A stretch of DNA of 63,119 nt, counting the filler, from Cercozoa sp. M6MM (lineage: Eukaryota > Protista > Endomyxa: Ascetosporea): NCBI GenBank assembly GCA_040357565.1. It is 8 parts of 8 records of this genome, joined end to end, with 100 filler letters (N's around TTAATTAATTAA, not from the genome) between each part and the next. Parts side by side here need not be neighbours in the genome. Positions count along the whole stretch, not along the records: positions 21,631 to 34,508 come from JBDODJ010000371.1; positions 34,609 to 39,437 come from JBDODJ010001039.1; positions 39,538 to 43,204 come from JBDODJ010001362.1; 5 more parts are not named here. The stretch is one strand, 5' to 3'. The notes beneath the pieces were generated by a model. The model saw nothing but the letters and a program-made list of their open reading frames with translations. It made no database searches and was not told the origin of the DNA. A program made the position numbers and the translations under genes. This document shows positions 29,248-42,553 of this stretch, one piece after another; within the stretch, counting starts at the first letter, position 1, and each line of letters begins with the position of its first letter.

Positions 29248-29649
29248 CACAGTTGATGCGATGGCGTCTTGCGCCGCAACTCGACTTGTCGCGCATTGCC
29301 GAGGCTAAGTAGAACGTCTATAAGCAGCATTCACGCCCCAAGATACAGCAAGGACTGTTTGAACAGGTGTCTGATTCTGGGCTGCGGCACTCTGGGCTGT
29401 GCTGTCTCGCGGCTGCTCGTCGGCTGGGGCGTGCGCCACCTCACACTGGTAGCCTGTCTTGCTGCCACTTGTATCTGTTGGATCGAACCATCTACATATC
29501 TCGATATGTCTATGTGTAGGTGGACAATGGCAAGGTGTCATTCAGCAATCCTGCGCGCCAGTCGCTTTTCACTGCCGCCGATGTTCATCGCTACAAGGTG
29601 CATCCGTGTTCGTGACCTGTGTGTGTGTATGTGTGTGTGTGTGCGTGTG

Positions 29650-29704
<55 letters not shown>

Positions 29705-31213
29705 ATTAAAAGGCGGAGGCGGCCAAGGATGCCTTGCAGTACTCCATATTTCTACATACACACACTCTTGTGCCGACTTGTGCACCTGTCCTGACAGCAA
29801 GATCCTTCCGAAGGGACTGTTTGTCGACTCGCATGTGCTCAGTATCCCGATGCCTGGGCACATCGCCGAGGTATGTCTGTCGCAGTCACACGTGTTTTTA
29901 CTTTCTGTCTCATGCTTGTGTTTGCGATGGGTGACAGCTGGAGGCAGTGCGTCAACTGCGTGAACTTGTCGATCGCAGCGACGCTGTGTTTGTACTCTTC
30001 GTGTTTCTTTTTTCTGTTTGTACTCATTCATGTCGGTACGAACGCGTCTGTTAGGTGCTGACGGACTCTCGTGAGTCGCGCTGGCTTCCGGCACTGTACT
30101 TTTTTCATACGTTCCACCTATATTGGGCTCTCTCTTCTTGGAGAGGCAAAAAAACAAGAGAACCTGTGCCGTGTAGCATGAGCGCCGCACACAGCAAGAT
30201 CTGCATCAACACGGCGCTGGGCTGTACCCCATTGTTCTTACAGGCTTGACTATTGCAGGAAACGTGTGGATTGCGTGACAGTTGATTCTTATGTCGTCAT
30301 GCGGCATGGCATGCCTGGTACCATGTGTGAATGTGTAGATGTATGTGTCTATGTGATATGTGCCCTGTCTTGTTTGTTTTCAGACGCTCCGAGTCCCGTG
30401 GGCTGCTATTTTTGCAATGACGTCACTGCGCCGCAGGATGTACCTGTTTCTCCCCATCCCCTTCCTTCTGGCCTGTCCTGCACTGGTTGTGTGAGACAGA
30501 GTCTGCGTGATCGCACGCTTGATCAGCAGTGTACCGTCACGAGACCTGTAGCATTGCTTTCACAGTACACCTCTGTATGAACAAGCTGTATCGTGTTGCC
30601 TCATCGTAGGGTATGGCGCCGCTGGCGTCGGCACAGGCGGTCGAACTCTTTGTCAACATTCTGCAGCATCCGGACGTAGCCTACCCTCTTGTTGCTCAGT
30701 CGCAACTATTTTCTCTGGTTGTCAGGGACCGTATGCACCGGCCGAAGAGAGCAAGCAGTTGCATGAAGTATGTTAGGGCATGTTGTGTCTTGTGTATGTC
30801 CTCTTCTGTCTGTCAAGGTTTGGCGTGTATCTGGTAGGGCTACCATGGTCCCGGCCTGGGAACCGTGTCGCACCAGCTGCGTGGCTCGGTGTCGGCCATG
30901 TCGCTCAATGCCTTTGCGTTGCCTCGCATTAGTTGCTGCACTGCTTGTGGCGATCATGTTCTTCGCATGGTATCGAACACTGCGTGAACATGCAGACATT
31001 GGCCTAGAGTGAAGGAGGCTGTCTTTGTGCTTGCAGTACCAAGAGGAAGGCGACGACTTTGTCATGCGCGCCTTGCAAAATCCCGACAAGTACTGCTTCT
31101 CTGTTTTGTTGGCAGGTTGGTGGAACCATCGGAATACCTCTTGTTGTTCAGGTTGGAGGACTGGTCTGGCTTAAAGGCCGAACAGCAGCGTGGCGATGTA
31201 CACTGTTCCGTCC

Positions 31214-31308
<95 letters not shown>

Positions 31309-31378
31309 TGGTGTACTCTTGCAGCAACTCGTGGCGGATCTGGACGATCTGGCCTGGGACAGCGAGACGGAGTTCTGA
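26861..31378 (+). CDS. ATG7: Autophagy E1-like enzyme ATG7, about 33 exons
   Basis: [95 protein letters not shown] (catalytic Cys). Confidence 0.97.
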
Positions 31379-31855
31379 GCAGGAACACACCATCTGTATT
31401 CAATTTTTGGGTTGACCCAAGGCCGTCTCATGAATTGAGTAGAACAAAGCCAAAATGTCAGACGACACCAAACCAACGGACGTCGTCCGCGTTCGAGCCT
31501 AAGTGAAACGGTTACCTGGAAGTTTATACTGTGTTTCGTCGAATTTGCGTAGTAGCAACCGAACTAAAGATCGGCCAGCGCAGACGATCCATGTCATTGA
31601 TCGGCGGCGGATCACGAACAACGCAAAAAGTTGAGCAAGCGAAAGGAAATATTGTGAAACACTGCAGGCCTAGGCATGACGCGCGCTCGGCACGGACTGG
31701 ACACGCACGCGGTATGTCAAACGATACAACACAGGGACTCCGACTCCGCTGACTTGGAGGGGTAGGTCGCTCATCGCGTCGACGGCGTCATTCGATTGAG
31801 TGGAGCCAGTTGGGTCGAAACTTGATCATGAAGGAAGGTTGGGAAACAGCAGCCT

Positions 31856-32748
31856 CTAGATGAACTGCTTGAGGAACGAGCCGCTCACAGTTCGCGCGCG
31901 CGAGTTCACTGACAGCACCATGTCGCTGATCTCCTTGTTGATGTCCTCCATGAACTGGCTGCTCACGACACCAACACATGGCAACACATGGCAACACATG
32001 TACGAAAGGAAAGGGAAAGGAGGGAGGCTGCCGTACATGACGAAGTCAACAAGCTTGTGCTTCCACAGGTCCTCAGTCTGGAAGTTCGTGATAAGGAACG
32101 AGATGTCGTAGCCCGGCACGGCCACGCGGCGTAGCACGACAAAGTCCTCGGCACGCTGCATGAGGAAGCGAGAGAAGCGGTCGGCCAGAATGGTTTCCAT
32201 CTCGTTTGCCTGTTACAACCAGAGTATAGTATCTAAACTGGAAGTCCCCACCCCATCCCACCCACTTCCACAAGACACTAAGAACACAGTAAATGTACCT
32301 GCTTGATGCGGATCGAGATGCGAACCGAGTTGACGGATGGCTCGATGAGACAGCTCTCGACGTCGGAGCGAGCGATCACAACCGGCTCAAGGAGCACCTC
32401 CTTGTCCATCGCGACCTCAACTTCGGGCTTGTTGTGTCGCTCGACCTTCTGCGACGCAAAATTGCGCAGGCAGAGCGCCGCCTCCAGCGTGCGGCGGATC
32501 GCATTCAGGTACGGGGCAAGAGTCTGGCTCTACAACGCAACACACAAAAAAAAATTTTTGTCTTATCATTTGCCAGTCCGGCGGACACATGTATACATGA
32601 ATTAGTCCTGCATGGTAGGACAGAAACAGCTAACGTCTCAATCGTGCTAGATCAAGCCATGGCTTGGTTAAACAGCAATCAAAACAACAAAAGGAAAAAT
32701 ATTGCCCAGGCATGCAGTTTGCGAGTCACTCAACAGCACACTTACCAT
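31856..32748 (-). CDS. ARPC4: Arp2/3 complex subunit 4
   Basis: [55 protein letters not shown]; the first exon is inferred to contribute only the ATG. Confidence 0.96.
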
Positions 32749-33018
32749 GGCAACACTGATGACAACGAAGTAACAGGCTAACAGTCGTTCCAAGCGCACG
32801 GGCGTGTGTCGAGCCGGTCGGAGCCGTACAGCACATCGTTTTATTCTTTGTAGAAATGGGCACATAGAGCCAGGAGCCAGCATTCAGCGTGCGCCCACGG
32901 CAACATTTGTGTTGTGCTAGAGTGTCTGCCATCTGTTAGTACACACTTGCGTACGTTTTAGTGTGCTGCGAAGTGGAGTTCAGTAGTTTTGGATCGTCTT
33001 GTGTGCAGAAGTCTACTG

Positions 33019-33905
33019 ATGTCAGCTGCCAACCAGGACGTGCTTGGCCTCGCGGTCCAGTATTGCTCGGGTTGCGGCATGCCGCCTGAGTACTGTGAGT
33101 GGGCGCCGCCGAAGGTGCCTCCATGAACACCCTTCGCCGCATGCTTCAATGTACTGTGCCCTGTTGTTGGTTTTTGGTACAGCTCCAAGCTCGCTGCGTG
33201 GCCTACCACAAGCGCTACCTGCCAAACTCGCCATTCCTGGCGGCTCGCGGTGCCGGCGACAGCGCTGCAGCCGCTCCAACGGAGGCCAGTGCCGAGAACA
33301 ACGAGGACGAGAACGACTCCGCCAGCGAGAGCGAGGAAGAGGACGAGAAGCAGGCCGAGGAGGTGCCCTTCCTTGCTGTTTCTTCGTCCAGTGTGCTTGT
33401 CTACAGCAGTGCAACTTGTTTGTCTGTGTGTACATGGTGCAGGAGCAGCCCCAGCCCAAGCCGGCACCGCAGCAGCAACGTCAGTACATCAACATGTACT
33501 GCCAGCGACGCAAGGGCAAGGTATGCCATGTGCTTTGTCTGTGTGTGTATGTGTGTTCCTAACGAAGGTTGCTCACGCCTGTGTCTTGTGTGACTAACCA
33601 CACAGAAGAAGGTCACGATCGTGCGTGGCGTCATTGAGCTCGGCATGAAGCCGAAGAAGATCCAGACCGAGTTCCGCCGCAAGTTCGCTGCCTCCTGCTC
33701 CGTGGTTAAAGCCGCCGACGGTGCCAGCGAGGTCGTCGTGCAGGGCGACCACCGTCTTGAGGTCGCAACGCACTTCCACGAGCAGTACCGCGTGCCGCCG
33801 CTCATGCTCATGTACGGCAAACCGAGCAAGAAGTCCAAGGGCGTGCCCGCCTACCAGCGCTTCGGTGCCGTCTGGGTCGCCCAGCCGCCTCCCGAGGACG
33901 ATTAA
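33019..33905 (+). CDS. DENR: Density-regulated protein DENR/Tma22 (SUI1 domain)
   Basis: VQYCSGCGMPPEYCEW zinc motif; RKGKKKVTIVRG, KFAASCSV, EVVVQGD. Confidence 0.92.
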
Positions 33906-34639
33906 GTAGCGTAGCGCAAGGTCACTAATGTAAAGTTGCTGAAAGAAGAACCGAACGACCGGGGCGAAAACTGAAATGTAAGTTTGCGTTGATTAATCCC
34001 AGGCCGATCGCATCGAATCTCACATTGCGTGCACTGACTTATGCGCTAGTGACCCACTCCAAGGTTTCTTACTAGGCTGAACTGCGTGCGCTGACTCAAC
34101 TTGACTCAACGCAATCAACCGCGGTGCTTGCGGCCGCTTCCCAAGCCCATCTACAGCACCGTGTAGATAGTCAAGTCACCAGGCACACAGACCGCGACCA
34201 AGGGACAAGGTTCTGCTGAGAGGGGGTACGAAAGACTTGAGCGCACGCATGGCGCCCTGCTGCGGATGTTCGTTTTCGCGGCGCTCTTGCTGCCGCAGCT
34301 CGGTCAGTTGCAACGTACGCGCCTGAATATAACAAACACCGTGTAAGGAGTAAAAACGCAATGTGCAAATGTGCGGTTTGTTCGTTACCTGAAGAGACTC
34401 CGACTGTGCGGCACTGCACACAAACAGACGCCCAGCATGAACCACACACACCACACCACAGCAGCACAGCACAGCACAGCACAGCACACACACACACACA
34501 CACACACANNNNNNNNNNNNNNNNNNNNNNNNNNNNNNNNNNNNNNNNNNNNTTAATTAATTAANNNNNNNNNNNNNNNNNNNNNNNNNNNNNNNNNNNN
34601 NNNNNNNNGGAATTAAGGGGGGGGTAAAGGGGGGAGGCA

Positions 34640-37600
34640 AGCTACAGCAGCAACGAAATTCGGCGAATCGATGCTCGCAAAATCGGCGTCATTTGGGTAC
34701 TACACAAACCTCGGTCCGGTCCAATTGTCCAGTCCATTTGTTCCGTTCATTTGTTCCGTCCAATTGTCCAGTCCGTTTGCCCAGTCCATTTGCCCAGTCC
34801 ATTTGTCCAGTTGTTATGTACCTGTGCCACAGCAGCCATGTAGGGATTCTGGTCCTTTTCCAGTGCGCGCCTGACTCCACATTGTGCTTTCGATGCCCTG
34901 TGAGAGTGGGGTAAGAGGGCATGCAGGAAGGGTAGGAAGGCATAGGAGGAGGGTAAAGGAGGGGAGTAAAGCAGCACCCTATCGTCGGAGAAGTCAACCT
35001 GAGCACCAGCAAAATACAGCATGCCATCCCAACTAAATTAAGAAAACCTATGCATTCACAGTCACACAGTCAGGTACCACAAGTTCGCCGAATCGCACTT
35101 GTTCCGGCGACAGACTGACAGACACGAGCAAGGTAGTCACAGTAGGCAGTAGGCAGTACTAGGCACACACACGCCTGTCCATCTTGAGGATCGTTACGTC
35201 GAGAACAACGTCAGTGCCAGTGCTCGACGTCTCTGCGCACGTGTTTCCAGTCAGTCACACCGTCCCACGTGTGTCCCAGTCACTATGTGACACGTGTGTC
35301 CCAGTCAGAGAGAGCACGAACCACGTTGTTGGCCGAGTCGAGACACTGCAGCGGCTTGGTGCTACACACACAGCACACACGTGGACTGACACTGTGTCTC
35401 GGAAGGATCAACCGAAGGAAGTACTGCAGGTAGTCGATCAGTGCAGGCGTGGCATTTCGGTCCACATTAAAGATCGACCTGCGTCCGCGCGGACACACAC
35501 TGATACAAACAGACAAAAAACCAAAGAACCAACTGGCTACCGCAGCGATCGGCCGTCGTAGATGCAATGCGGCAACAACTGAGTCGAGTCGAAACTGCCG
35601 GCTCGATCGCACGTGTCCCTACCCAGTACACACAGTACCAACACGCGTGTTTGTCCGCCCGGTTTATCCACCCAACACGCCACCCAACAAACTAGTTTGT
35701 CTCAAGTCCAAACTAGAGGATCCAAAAGGTACAACACGATGCGGCATGCCTCGCGAATCGGAGTGGTTATTCGCGTGCCTAAGAGGAGGGGGTAAAGGGG
35801 TAAGAAGGTAAGAGGGAGAGGGGTTAAACAAGCAAGCCTGCACCATTGAAAGCGAGCAGTCGAATGTCGCCTTTGAACTCTGTCTGCCAAGTCGAATTCG
35901 ACGGTGCCACCACGACACTGAGGGAGGTAAGGGGGGGGGGGGTAAGAATGGAGGTAAGAATGGGGTAAGAATAGATATAATACCTGTCCAGTGCGAGTGC
36001 AGTGTCGTACTTGGCCTCCAGTCGATTTATCACAATGCCCTGAGGAGATATAGAGTAAATGGAGGGGGTAAAGGGGGGGAGGGTAAACCTGGAAGCGCAG
36101 GTGAATGGCATCGAAGAGCGTCGAGTCAGTGCCGAGTGAACTACCGAGTAAGTTGTAAACCACACACCCACACATACACACACGTGTCCCAGCACGGTTT
36201 TAATTCGACTCACATGGCGCGATCGATCTGAGTGTCGGTAAAGATGGCACCCAGTCTGACCAGAGACGGTGACAGGGAGCAAGGTTAACCGTCTCCACAG
36301 GCAGAGAGGACACAGTGAATATTTGTACACAACGGTGGCACTGTCGACCAGCCACTTGAGCTGCTCGCGCGACTGACCGTACCTGCACGCATGTGTCCCA
36401 CTCATCCACTCACTCAGTGACCACGTGACCACCCATGTGATCTCCCACGTGACCACTGCGTGATCAAGGTGGTCACTCAGTCAGCAAAATCAACCTACAC
36501 CAGCGGCGGCCGCATCTCTGGCACCTAGGATGACATGACCGGGGGGGGGGGGGTAAACAGGGCGCAACTGGGGGGATAGACGCGGGCGGAAACAGAGGTA
36601 AACGGGGGGGGGGGGCTAGGGATAAAAGAGGAGGGGATAAGACGCAAGCCCACGTCCAGACTGCCGCGGAACAAGTCGATCAGCAGTCGCTCGCCATGAG
36701 TCGCATTGCTCGGTCGCACGTATCCCTGTGACCACCGGGTAATGATCACCACGTGACACGCTCACACTCACAGTCACAGTGACCACCCAGTGACCACTTA
36801 GTGACCACCCAGTGACCACCCAGTGACCACGTGACATCTGATGGTACATAGGTCGGCGACGGCCGCGTGTCGTACAGGGGCGCCCACACGTGCGACTTGA
36901 GCGAGATGCTGCCGACCTGCGCACACGTGCCAAGTGTACACACGTGTCACTCAGTTCCCCAGTCAGCCACGTGTCAGTCACTCGGTCCCTCAGTCAGTCT
37001 GAGAGTGTTGGAGAAACGCGCACCCGGAGTCGCCAGTCGGTGATGTTGCTCGGCTTGAGTGCGTCGATGAGCCAGCTCTGCGGTCACGTGGCAATGTCAC
37101 ACACGTGTGTCACTGTGTGTCAGTGGGACACGTGCCCAGGTGGTACCTCTTGCAGGTCGTCGTGGCTCTCCATGTAGTGGCACATGACACCGTCTGCAGC
37201 ACTCCAACACAGCGTACCAGTCAACTAAAGTTGATGGGGTCAGAAAGAGACTCTCGACTCTACCGGCGTACTTGGCCGTGAAGTCGGGCGAGTACAGGTC
37301 GGCGTCGATGAGCACACTGCGTGTCTCGCCTGTTATTGTGATCGACAGTACCGGCAGCTGCACACACACACAGGCACACACATACATACACATGCACACA
37401 CACAGGCACATAGGACGAAACTAAATCTACACTGAGCAAGCCGGCGCTGTCTTGCAACAAGGGCTACAGCACACCAGTGTAAACAGTCCAGTCGAGTTGA
37501 GTACATATGCGAGCACGTGTAGACTTTGATATCTCGATGTACCGGCACGTTGCGAAAGACAGGCTTCGAGTATAGTCCCTGTTCATGAGCAAGGGTGCCA

Positions 37601-39019
37601 CATGAGAACCAAGTAGCAAGGGACGGACAAAGTAGGACTACGTCAGGCTGCGGCGCTAGTCGGAGACCCGTGTACCACTAACACAACACAACAGTCTCCA
37701 ACAGAACACAAGACTACGGCGAGATAAAGCTACTCTGGGACGACGCTGCGAGCAGTCGTAGTTTATGTAGGTGATGGCTACAAGAGGCAGCCACAAGTCA
37801 GGACATCTGGACCGTACAAATGAACAACTGCTGTACCAGGATACTCGGACGACAAGGCAACATCGGCGAGTGAGAAACGCGGTCGCACGCGGTTTTCGAA
37901 GCTTAAGCCCTGGGGGAACCAACTTGACCTATCCCTTACCCCGCGTCGCCTTGTTGAAACTGTACCAGACCAAAGACTTTGACGACCTTGAGCAAGTCTG
38001 CGTTGACTTCGAACTGTGCCAGGTGTATTTTTACGAGACTACAAGTGGGGAGGGGTACACCAAACAGGTACCGGCAGAGGCACGTAACTCGAATAGATGC
38101 GACTGGTGAGTTGCCAGATCGACTCGCCGAATGCCACTGGGAGAAGGAGGGTAGTTGATTTCATATGTATATCTATCTATAAAGTTAATAAGTATATATA
38201 CATATATATATATATATAAATATATATCTATATAAATTATATATATGTATATATATATATACATGTGTATACACAGAGTATGCTACATGCTAGAGCGTCG
38301 GCAGTGGCGAACAGAACGTCGGTCTTCGGCCACGCCGAGTGTTCGGCTCCAAGGACCTATAGTACATCCCACCAATCCATATAGACATATGTCCACAGAC
38401 ACTCAGTCCATATGGACACACAGTAGCCCATCTGTAAGTTTACACCAAAATGACAGAGAAGCGAAACATACATGAACGTGACGCCACGTGGCCATGACAT
38501 CGTCGTCGCAGCGCCCAATCACGCCCACTGTGCCCTGTCACGTCCGCGCGGACTCATGCAGAGAGGGTGACCACAAACAAAAAACGGTATTACCAAGACT
38601 GGTGGAACTTGGTGTTGGTACAACCGGACACCATTGGAGAACTGGCACGAGTACACCATTAGGGTAGAGGGGGGAGTAATTCTACTAACTGGTGTTCGAT
38701 TGTACCTGGTTGAAAGCAGCGCCGGTTTCGGCGTCCTTCGGAAACCACAGCGACTTGACTGAGTGTGTCCACAGTGCAGTCAGTGAACACCAGGCAACAC
38801 ATCTCCGCACAGGCAGCTTTGAAAGTACCGGTGGCATTCTTGGCATAGCTGGCGAACATTTCGTCTTGAGTCAGGTGGTCCCTGCGTGCGATTCCCTGGC
38901 ATAAGTCACACAGAGACAAGAGGGGTGGTGAGGCTACAAATCGGCCAGTCGTTTGCACTGCGTGATGCGCAGCAACGGCACCGGAAGCATGTGGTACTGC
39001 AACAGGGTTATATATACAC

Positions 39020-39067
<48 letters not shown>

Positions 39068-39370
39068 ATAGATAAGATAGTAAAGTACCGACACTACGAG
39101 GTTGAGTGCAAAGTCGGTGTGGTCGCTCTCGACGATGGCACTGCTGGACCAGCGCTCTTGACCCGGTCTGTTAGTTAAGCGGGGGAGATAAGACAAGTGC
39201 ATAACAATTAGAGAGCATAACAATTAGAGAGCAAATACAGGGGCTCATCGGTGGGATTGGACGGATCCGTCAGATTCGTGAGCATCTGCGGGGAGGCGCA
39301 CATGCAACAAAGAGTATACGAGGCAGGTCAATGGATACCTCGGCCAAAGCGTTGGCACGCGCTATCAACA
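34640..39370 (-). CDS. Large multi-exon hypothetical protein, partial
   Basis: Series of GT-AG-bounded exons, e.g. LPVLSITITGETRSVLIDADLYSPDF and GIVINRLEAKYDTALALD; no family recognised; limits approximate. Confidence 0.5.
34705..34812. repeat. About 13-bp degenerate minisatellite (CAGTCCATTTGCC)
   Basis: Roughly 8 visible tandem units. Confidence 0.75.
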
Positions 39371-39585
39371 CACAGCATGTATGCATATAAACTTACATAT
39401 CTGTATCTCTTTAATACATATATATATATATATATATNNNNNNNNNNNNNNNNNNNNNNNNNNNNNNNNNNNNNNNNNNNNTTAATTAATTAANNNNNNN
39501 NNNNNNNNNNNNNNNNNNNNNNNNNNNNNNNNNNNNNGGGGGGGGGGGGGTAAGAGTGGGTAAGGGAGGAATGGGGTAAAGCCAC

Positions 39586-39940
39586 CTCGCCAGCGGTCGC
39601 CGGGCTTGGGCGCCACCATGACGACCTCGTGCACCGGGTCGGTCTTGACCAGCACGCGCAGCACCGGTCGCAGGTAGTAGCACCGCATCACTGCGTCACG
39701 TGGTCACCCAATCAGTCACCCCAGACTCAGTCACATGGGAATACAGTCAGACACGTGATCAGACACGTGGTCAGACACATGGTCAGATCGAGTGCAGAAG
39801 GTACCCTCGTCGTCGTCGTCGTCGGGCACGCAGATCTTGTGCAACGTGTCGCACGTGCCGTCCTCGTCGTACAGCAGGTCCTCCGCGCGGACCTGTCAGG
39901 CAGAGTGACCAGTGAGAGCACCACACACACAGACACAGCT

Positions 39941-40010
<70 letters not shown>

Positions 40011-41945
40011 GGGGGGGGGTATACCTGCTCGTAAATGCGGTAGAGTCGCTCGTCGTGCGGCAGTCGACTGCACACAAACACACACATATATTGCCAGAAA
40101 CACCGTAACAAAATCACCCTTAACAAAAGAATAGCCTTAACTGACACACAGCCTTAACTAAAGAACGAACCGCTCGTAGATGACGCCGTTGAAGGCACGT
40201 CGCGGCAACTGGTCCGACACCTCCTGTACCGCGCACCCAGGTATGAACAGTGCATACCAATGTGGACCACATGGACTGACGTGTGCGAAGGTAGATACCT
40301 TGGCACGCTGGCACAGAATGTCGTCCAGCAGGTGCAGGTGGTCCTCGTCCACTGCAGCAACATCACAGGCCGTGTTATACCCCCTACCCCTACCTAGTTG
40401 TTGTATACCCCGAGGCAGCAGCGCACGCACGTGCTCGGCACCGTCGAACTCACTCTTGCGCAGGCCCTACAACCGTCAGTCAGTGGGGTCACGTGGGTCA
40501 CGGATCACGTGGCCATGAGTGAGTGAGTGAGTGAGTGGAGAAACGCACCGTCTTGGACTTGTGGCGCGCGTTGAGCAGCGCCTCCTCGCGCAGCGCGGCG
40601 TAGCACCGCAGCGCCGCTCGCAGCAACTCGGCGCCGATGTCGGCCTGCCGCTCGCCCGTCTGCACACATAAGGTAGTCACACACACACATCAACGATCAC
40701 AGTGGTCACTCACACGATCACACCGTGCGATCACACAGAGATAGGCTACATGTTCATCGAACAGATCGTGCTGCAACTCGCCGCCAATGGCTCTGGCAAG
40801 AGGCGGGCGCCCCCCGGGGGGGGGGGGTAAAGAAGAAAGGGTCGCAGTACCGTCCGAGCAGCACGATGGTGTTGAGCGTGTTCTTAGTGGCATGCTGCGC
40901 CAACTTCTGCACCACCGGGCACGGTACACACATAGACATACATACACACGAGGGAGAGGGGGTACCTGGGCCAGGGCAGCCTCGACAGCAGGCATGTTGA
41001 GGAAGTGCGCCGACAGGAACATGTGCACCTGTCGTAGCACATACACATATACATATACATATGAACATATAGGCATACACATAGATATAAACACTACACA
41101 TACACACAGACACAAAGAACAAATGACATATGTGTACCAACTGGCTGCGAGGCACGTCGAATCGAATCGGCGAAGAGTCGTCGCTGTCGACACAACACAC
41201 GGACACACTCACTCACACAGACACACTCGCTCACACAGACACAAAAGACAGACTGGGGTCTTCTGAGGAGGAGCACCTCGAACGCAGTGCCATGCGAGCA
41301 GCGATCTCCATGAGATTCACTCTGCACACATTGCGTATCACCTCTGTACACCACCCATACATACCCACAAGGAGAGGCCTACGTGGCAGCAGCAGCGCGG
41401 GCGTCGCAGCAGCGCATGCGAATCGCGACGCTCTTGTCCTCGCTTGCGAGTGACTCGAGCACCTTCTTGCCTTGGACCTGGGAACACGAGAGACGTGCAT
41501 ACAGGGTCTATACACAGGTACATCAATACCAGTGCATCTAGCAAGCGTCGAGACTGCCGAACCACACGCTCGGGCAGACGGAAGTGCCGCTGCTCGGCGT
41601 GCACGGTGCTCTCGCAGGTCAGGTGCGGCAAACGCGACTCTGAGGACACAGGCAGACCACACATACGCATACACATCCGCATGGGTCCTGATACCAGCCA
41701 GGGGTATCAACAAAAAAGTGCGACACCCAAGGTACCTTCGTTGACAGGCAGCGTCTCCACTGTCTCAACCACCATGTGCACCGTAGTCTCCTCGTCGTCC
41801 CTGCTCGTAGACACCCCTCCAGCATACAGAAACACCTCTCCCCGCATACGCTATGTTGGCTGCCCTACTCATCAACGAGAATCCAGTCGATCTCGCACTG
41901 AGCATTCTCGAGTGCACGTAGCGCTTCTTCCGGCGTCGCGGACAT
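39586..41945 (-). CDS. Multi-exon hypothetical protein, 3' partial
   Basis: Putative start MSATPEEALRALENAQ; GC-rich exons such as VHMFLSAHFLNMPAVEAALAQ and YYLRPVLRVLVKTDPVHEVV. Confidence 0.5.
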
Positions 41946-42553
41946 GCCAACTCGCACTTGGTGTCTCCTTGCAGCACAAACGTCCTGGTTCCACAAACAG
42001 TGAGCCTCCACGGATTCTGCCAGTATGCTCACCCGTTTTTCGACGATACGATCGACACTCACTCCTAACTTGCAGCACGTGCGTTTAATACCTCTCACGA
42101 GAACGGCTCGCACTCGGAAAGGCGCTGACGATGAGTTCTCGTGTGCCTGCTCATCTTTTATTATTATTATTATTATTCTGATCAGCAGACGGTCCGTATG
42201 GACCGCTGAATTGCAGCACGACTGGCACAGCCACAGTGCTAATCACATAAGTGCTTGAGATATAGCCCGCGCAGGCTGAGACACCACGGAGTAGCAGGGT
42301 TGGCATCACTTTTTCTTTGTGAGTTCTCTTGTTGTGTTCTGGTCTTGTGACTCACAAATGAGCCGCGCTTCACAGCTGTCAGCGCACCCTGTGGTGGGGT
42401 GTTCAGCTGTGTTCACCGGCTCGATCCTTGCGTTTTTCTGTCACCATTTTTGGGAGGAAGCTGTGCGATTCTGTTTTTTTGTTGCTTTTGCAGGAAGAGG
42501 CGAACGAAGAGTTTTAGGTCGAAATGAACAACGCGGTGCGCGGTGCTAGACGC

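Noticed and set aside
26861-31378. Possible non-canonical introns or stop-codon reassignment
   Set aside because: The junctions I traced resolve as GT-AG, apparent in-frame stops fall in introns, and genes end in TAA, TAG and TGA.
36770-36835. CRISPR-like or telomeric arrays
   Set aside because: Tandem units without spacers; the G-rich tracts are irregular and gene-internal.
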